Shown here in pieces: positions 59,952 through 64,000 of a stretch of 64,000 nt of DNA (position 1 is the first letter of the stretch; every line of letters starts with the position of its first letter). The notes beneath the pieces were generated by a model. That model had not been told where the DNA came from. It made no database searches and worked only from the letters and a program-made list of their open reading frames with translations. The translations under genes were made by a program, and so were the position numbers. Source of the stretch: Nitrospirota bacterium (GTDB lineage: Bacteria > Nitrospirota > Nitrospiria > Nitrospirales > Nitrospiraceae); contig CAVPBK010000004.1 of the NCBI GenBank assembly GCA_963701855.1, positions 160,001 through 224,000 of the forward strand. The letters run 5' to 3'.

Positions 59952-61199
59952 AAATAGCATTAACTACCTAGGTATTATATTACCATTCCGCTTCAAAGAA
60001 AAACCAGACGTTGTTGGCCTTATTTTCGAGGCGGAGTTCGTCAAGACCTCGCTGAAACAGAAATACGGAATCACAGACTGATCTAGCATCTTACCCTCTT
60101 CTTCCTGATTGACTATTGCCATACGCCGGTGTATGAGCTATCCGAATCAAATACCTGTGTGCGATAGATGGCTGAAAGGGAACGAATGACCATGAGCGAC
60201 CACACATGAGAAGCAGTTTGACTTTCCGTGTCATACACACACCAAAGGAGGCGACGATGCGACGTATCCTAGGGATCGTGGCGATCTCTCTTCTCATCGG
60301 GGCAAGCGGCTGCGCCTCGACACAAGAGGCCAAGTCGGTAGAAAAATCAGGCTTTCTTGGTGACTATTCCAGGCTGAAGGAAGGCCAAAGAGGCAGCTTC
60401 ATGTCGCAAGGGGCGGAGGGCCAGGCCTTGTTGGTCTATAAGAATCCTGACGCCGATTGGCGAAAATATAAGAAAGTGTGGCTGGATCCAGTGAAAGTCT
60501 GGATGAATCAGAAAGACTCACAGCTCAACGACGTGGCGGACGAAGATCGGCAACGGCTGGCGGGGTTGCTCTGGTCGAAGGTGAACGAACAGCTCAAACA
60601 AGATTACGTGATGACGAGTACCCCTGGTCCGGACGTAATGCGCATCCAAATGGCCATTACCGAAGCCGCATCTTCCAACCCCTTTATGGATTTTCTCACG
60701 AGCATCTATTTGCCGGCGAAATTGCTGTTGACTCCGAAGAGCATGGCCACCGGCGTGGCAGCATTCGCGGGCAGTGCGAGTGCAGAATTAAGGGTAACCG
60801 ATACTGCCACTGGAACTGTTCTCATGGAAGCAGTCGATCGCCGGGGCGGTACGAAGAGTCTCGGTGGGTCCTGGTCCTCCTGGAACGACGCCGAAGAATC
60901 GTTCCGTTTCTGGTCCGAAAAGATGCGCTATCGCTTATGCCAATTTCGAGGGGGCATGGACTGCGTGGAGCCGAAGGCCTGAAGGTCAGGTAAGCACCGC
61001 GCTCATCTTGTACGGCGAGCGCGGTACTGTTCCCCGCTGGCGGCCCTGGCCCCTGTGAGACCCCCTCAGCGCAGTGAAATCCTCAAGGTTTTCGGGTTTA
61101 AATAATGCCCGAATCGAGCCCCCGCAACCAACTGGGGAGGGCGCAGCGGCACCTTGATTTTGGGGCTGAAATAATTTATGCCTCGGTTGCCCTCCACCA
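59952..61199. mobile_element. Putative non-autonomous tRNA-Ala cassette 2
   Basis: Bounded by CCCTCCACCA at 59942-59951 and 61190-61199; end motifs shared with cassette 1. Confidence 0.65.
60257..60982 (+). CDS. DUF3313-like lipoprotein
   Basis: AAGGAGG SD, ASGC lipobox, SGFLGDYSRL motif. Confidence 0.85.
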   Translation: MRRILGIVAISLLIGASGCASTQEAKSVEKSGFLGDYSRLKEGQRGSFMSQGAEGQALLVYKNPDADWRKYKKVWLDPVKVWMNQKDSQLNDVADEDRQRLAGLLWSKVNEQLKQDYVMTSTPGPDVMRIQMAITEAASSNPFMDFLTSIYLPAKLLLTPKSMATGVAAFAGSASAELRVTDTATGTVLMEAVDRRGGTKSLGGSWSSWNDAEESFRFWSEKMRYRLCQFRGGMDCVEPKA

Positions 61200-61446
61200 C
61201 CATTGTTGCCAATTCGCACCCCCGTCAATAATCGATCAAAGGTGCCCGTCGCCGTAAAGCGATACCCTGCCTTTCCCCCATCCATAATCGGCTCATAGAC
61301 TATGTGTCCATCTAAGAGCTTTTTAAGCATCTGGCGGGCGGGTGGCACGTGGCGAGCGAAGAGAGCAAGAATGTCTTCCAGAAGGCTTCGGAGCTCTTTG
61401 GCGAGACGCTTGGCGTCCAGGGAAACCACTTGAGCGAAGGCATCGA
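61190..61446 (-). pseudogene. C-terminal remnant of a probable large serine recombinase
   Basis: ARQMLKKLLDGHI..EP...GYRFTATG...NGGGGQ; GGGGQ is encoded by the antisense of the tRNA 3'-end copy; no catalytic domain upstream; family is recollection. Confidence 0.55.
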
Positions 61447-63612
61447 TTATTTCGTGACGACAACATCGACCCGACCTTCTTGTCGCAGGATGGTGATGCC
61501 GACATCCTGCGCCTGACGTTCAAGCGAGAGGTCAACTACGGCGTCTCCAATCCTCAGATTTTTCATCTCAATGTGGTCCAGAAACGGCGGCAAGACCGGT
61601 TGGAAGAACGACAGGCGACTCCGAGTGGCCTCAATTTGCAAACCGAGGCAGGATTGGAGCAGCAGAAACACGGCGACTGAGGACCACGTCTGAGGATTAC
61701 AGGCAACCGGGTAGAGCGTTGGACCTTCACCTGGGCGACGTGGGAAGCCGCACAGCAATTCAGGCAACCGATGCAGTTCGAGAAACATGGTGGCGTCGAA
61801 GAGTCCGCTAAGAATCTTCAATGCGCCTTGTTTGAATCCGTAGGAGGCCATCCCCGCTGCGATCAGGGCATTATCGTGCGGCCAGACCGATCCGTTGTGG
61901 TATGCCATCGGATTAAAGCGGGTCTCAGTCGCTGCCACGGTTCGGACCCCCCATCCGTTAAACAATTCTTCACCCATTAAGGTCTTGGCCGTTCTCATGC
62001 CGTGCTTTTTGTCGGCAATACCGGCCCAGAGGCAGTGGCCGGCATTCGACGTCCTGACACGACAAGGCTGCTTGAACCCATCCAACGCTAACGCGTAGGA
62101 CGAGAGATCGTTGCACCAGAAGCGTCGCTCGAACTGAGTGCGTAACGTGTCCGCCTCCTTGAGCAAACGTCTGGACTGCTCGGTATGGCCCAGCGCCACC
62201 GCTAATTGGGCCGCACGCCGTTTAGCGGCAAACACATACCCTTGTACTTCGCAGAGCGCGATAGGCCCTTCCGCCAGGCTGCCATCTGCATGAAATACGG
62301 CATCCTGCGAATCCTTCCACCCTTGATGGATAAGCCCGTCTTTCGACCGGCGGGTGTACTCCACGAAGCCATCGCCATCGAGATCCCCCGTATGATCAAT
62401 CCACTGCAACGCAAGCTCAATATTCGGCCAGATTTGTGTGATGAAAGCCTTATTGCCTGTTCGTTCGTAATAGGCTCCGGCCAGCATAATGAACAGTGGC
62501 GTCGCGTCGATGCTACCGTAGTAGCGACCGTACGGAATCTCGTTAAGGGCCGCCATCTCCCCCTTCCGTGTTTCATGCAAAATCTTGCCGATCTCAGCGT
62601 CCTGCTCCGGTAGAACTTCCTTCGCTTGTGTCGCAGCCAGATAGGCCAATACCCCTCGGGCGATGCTTGGATTAATCCACAGAAATTCGAATGCGGTGAT
62701 GAGGCCGTCGCGTCCGAATGGGGTGCTGAACCATGGAACCCCGGCGTAGGGGTATGGGCCGTCAGAAGTGTCTGAGACCATCATGTGGAGGTCGGCCAGC
62801 GCGCGGTTCAGCCACATATTGAATTGCGCATTCGATGTCACGATGTGGCAGTCGTCAGCCCTAGCGGAATGGAGCGCTCGCTCCACTTCGACGAGTGCAT
62901 GCTCATATGAATGATCACACCTGATTCGCTGGGTGACTTCACAGGAGATAGTCAGATCCCACTGGACAACTTCTCCCGCCGGCAAGAACGTATCGAAGCG
63001 AATCTCCTCGGGATAGACTGCCGTCGGAGCCGGTGCACAACGGACAGTGACCCACCGTTCCACATGATCTAACCCCTCATATCCGAGCGATAGTCCGTCC
63101 TTGAACATGACGGACTCTAACCGTCGGCCTCGCCGGCTTCGTATCGTCCCACGGACTTCGAACAGGTCGGCAAAATCCGCATCCACTGAGACGGAGAGCC
63201 GGACCGGAACGGGATGGAGGCTATAATTGTGCACTCGAAGGCGCTCGAAGCAGAGGCCTTGCCACAAGAACCGAGTTCGAGACAAGTGCAGCGATCCACG
63301 CGAAATTTGTACCTGTCCGTCAGCGGCCATGTCAGGATTCGTGAGATCGACGTTGAGCAAGACATTGTCTTGCTTGACCGTCGAGCTGAGCAGCAACGGC
63401 CGTTCCCCATTGAGGGTCAGCACAAAATGGGACAGAAAACGGGTCCCTTCATGGTAGAGGCCATGCGAGCCCGTTCTCAGAGAATGGATGTCGCCGTATT
63501 GATCGAACAGGCCGAACGTGTCGCCTTGCTTCAGCACCTCGATGTGGTCGTCGGTCAGCGAGGAGGAGGCCACAATCTGATATTGATCAGTCCGACGTTC
63601 GACGTGTTCCAT
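61447..63612 (-). CDS. Amylo-alpha-1,6-glucosidase / glycogen debranching-type glycoside hydrolase
   Basis: AGVPWFSTPFGRD, GKILHE, YYGSIDATPLF, QGWKDS, YHNGSVWPHDN. Confidence 0.93.
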   Translation of the reverse strand: MEHVERRTDQYQIVASSSLTDDHIEVLKQGDTFGLFDQYGDIHSLRTGSHGLYHEGTRFLSHFVLTLNGERPLLLSSTVKQDNVLLNVDLTNPDMAADGQVQISRGSLHLSRTRFLWQGLCFERLRVHNYSLHPVPVRLSVSVDADFADLFEVRGTIRSRRGRRLESVMFKDGLSLGYEGLDHVERWVTVRCAPAPTAVYPEEIRFDTFLPAGEVVQWDLTISCEVTQRIRCDHSYEHALVEVERALHSARADDCHIVTSNAQFNMWLNRALADLHMMVSDTSDGPYPYAGVPWFSTPFGRDGLITAFEFLWINPSIARGVLAYLAATQAKEVLPEQDAEIGKILHETRKGEMAALNEIPYGRYYGSIDATPLFIMLAGAYYERTGNKAFITQIWPNIELALQWIDHTGDLDGDGFVEYTRRSKDGLIHQGWKDSQDAVFHADGSLAEGPIALCEVQGYVFAAKRRAAQLAVALGHTEQSRRLLKEADTLRTQFERRFWCNDLSSYALALDGFKQPCRVRTSNAGHCLWAGIADKKHGMRTAKTLMGEELFNGWGVRTVAATETRFNPMAYHNGSVWPHDNALIAAGMASYGFKQGALKILSGLFDATMFLELHRLPELLCGFPRRPGEGPTLYPVACNPQTWSSVAVFLLLQSCLGLQIEATRSRLSFFQPVLPPFLDHIEMKNLRIGDAVVDLSLERQAQDVGITILRQEGRVDVVVTK

Positions 63613-63621
63613 GAGTCCCTC

Positions 63622-64000
63622 TCATCGGTTTCGGATGGACCAGCTCAACCAGCCTCCGAGAGAGGCAGTGAGAAGGAAGGTCGCGCCAATGCCTGTAATT
63701 CCCGCCGCTTCACCAAACCGTTCTGTGACCCAACCGAATATGCTGATCCCACTGATGGCGGCCGTCATGGCACCAGTGCTGTAGAGGCCTAGGACGCGCC
63801 CCACCATCATTTGAGGCGTCAGCTCTTGCACGATTCCCCACGCGATCGGGGTGAAGGCTCCCATCCCTCCTCCAATCACGATCATGAGGAGACTGACCAG
63901 GTAGAGGTCTTTCGTCCAGACGAGCACCCCGATAGCCAAAGCACTGGCCACGCTCGCCCCAGCGATGATCTTAGTGCGGTCCGACAAGTTCCACTCGGTG
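63622..64000 (-). CDS. MFS transporter, C-terminal part (runs off window)
   Basis: SDR motif, multiple TM helices, QELTPQMMVGRVLG. Confidence 0.85.
   Translation of the reverse strand, partial: TEWNLSDRTKIIAGASVASALAIGVLVWTKDLYLVSLLMIVIGGGMGAFTPIAWGIVQELTPQMMVGRVLGLYSTGAMTAAISGISIFGWVTERFGEAAGITGIGATFLLTASLGGWLSWSIRNR

Overview
Bacterial chromosome window of moderately high GC, most likely from a Nitrospira-like organism (inference from the EF-Tu switch-I signature, HEAT-repeat genes and gene order; not searched). 1-31.6 kb (minus strand) is the complete core translation/transcription supercluster: tRNA-Tyr/Gly/Thr, tuf, rpmG, tRNA-Trp, secE, nusG, rplK, rplA, rplJ::rplL, rpoB, rpoC, the str, S10 and spc operons, secY, adk, map, infA, rpmJ, rpsM, rpsK and the start of rpsD. 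Oddities there: L10 and L7/L12 are one uninterrupted ORF with an internal SD+ATG; both EF-Tu copies appear identical and carry a non-canonical switch I; L5 has an N-terminal extension. 32-57.6 kb holds housekeeping genes (UvrD-type helicase, glgP, HEAT-repeat proteins, hemE-hemH-hemG/Y, mazG, DUF1844, NtrY/NtrX-like pair, purM-purN). Their spacers are filled with MITE-like elements at CTAG/TAG stop codons that carry covarying hairpin modules. After tRNA-Ala(CGC) at 57.8 kb there is what looks like a tandem stack of two small integrase-less cassettes. Each is bounded by the tRNA 3'-end core CCCTCCACCA, the two share left-end and right-end motifs, and each carries one exported-protein gene. A truncated recombinase-like ORF abuts the third core, followed by a glycogen-debranching-type gene and a partial MFS gene. 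This tRNA-anchored cassette array is the best candidate for an undescribed system.
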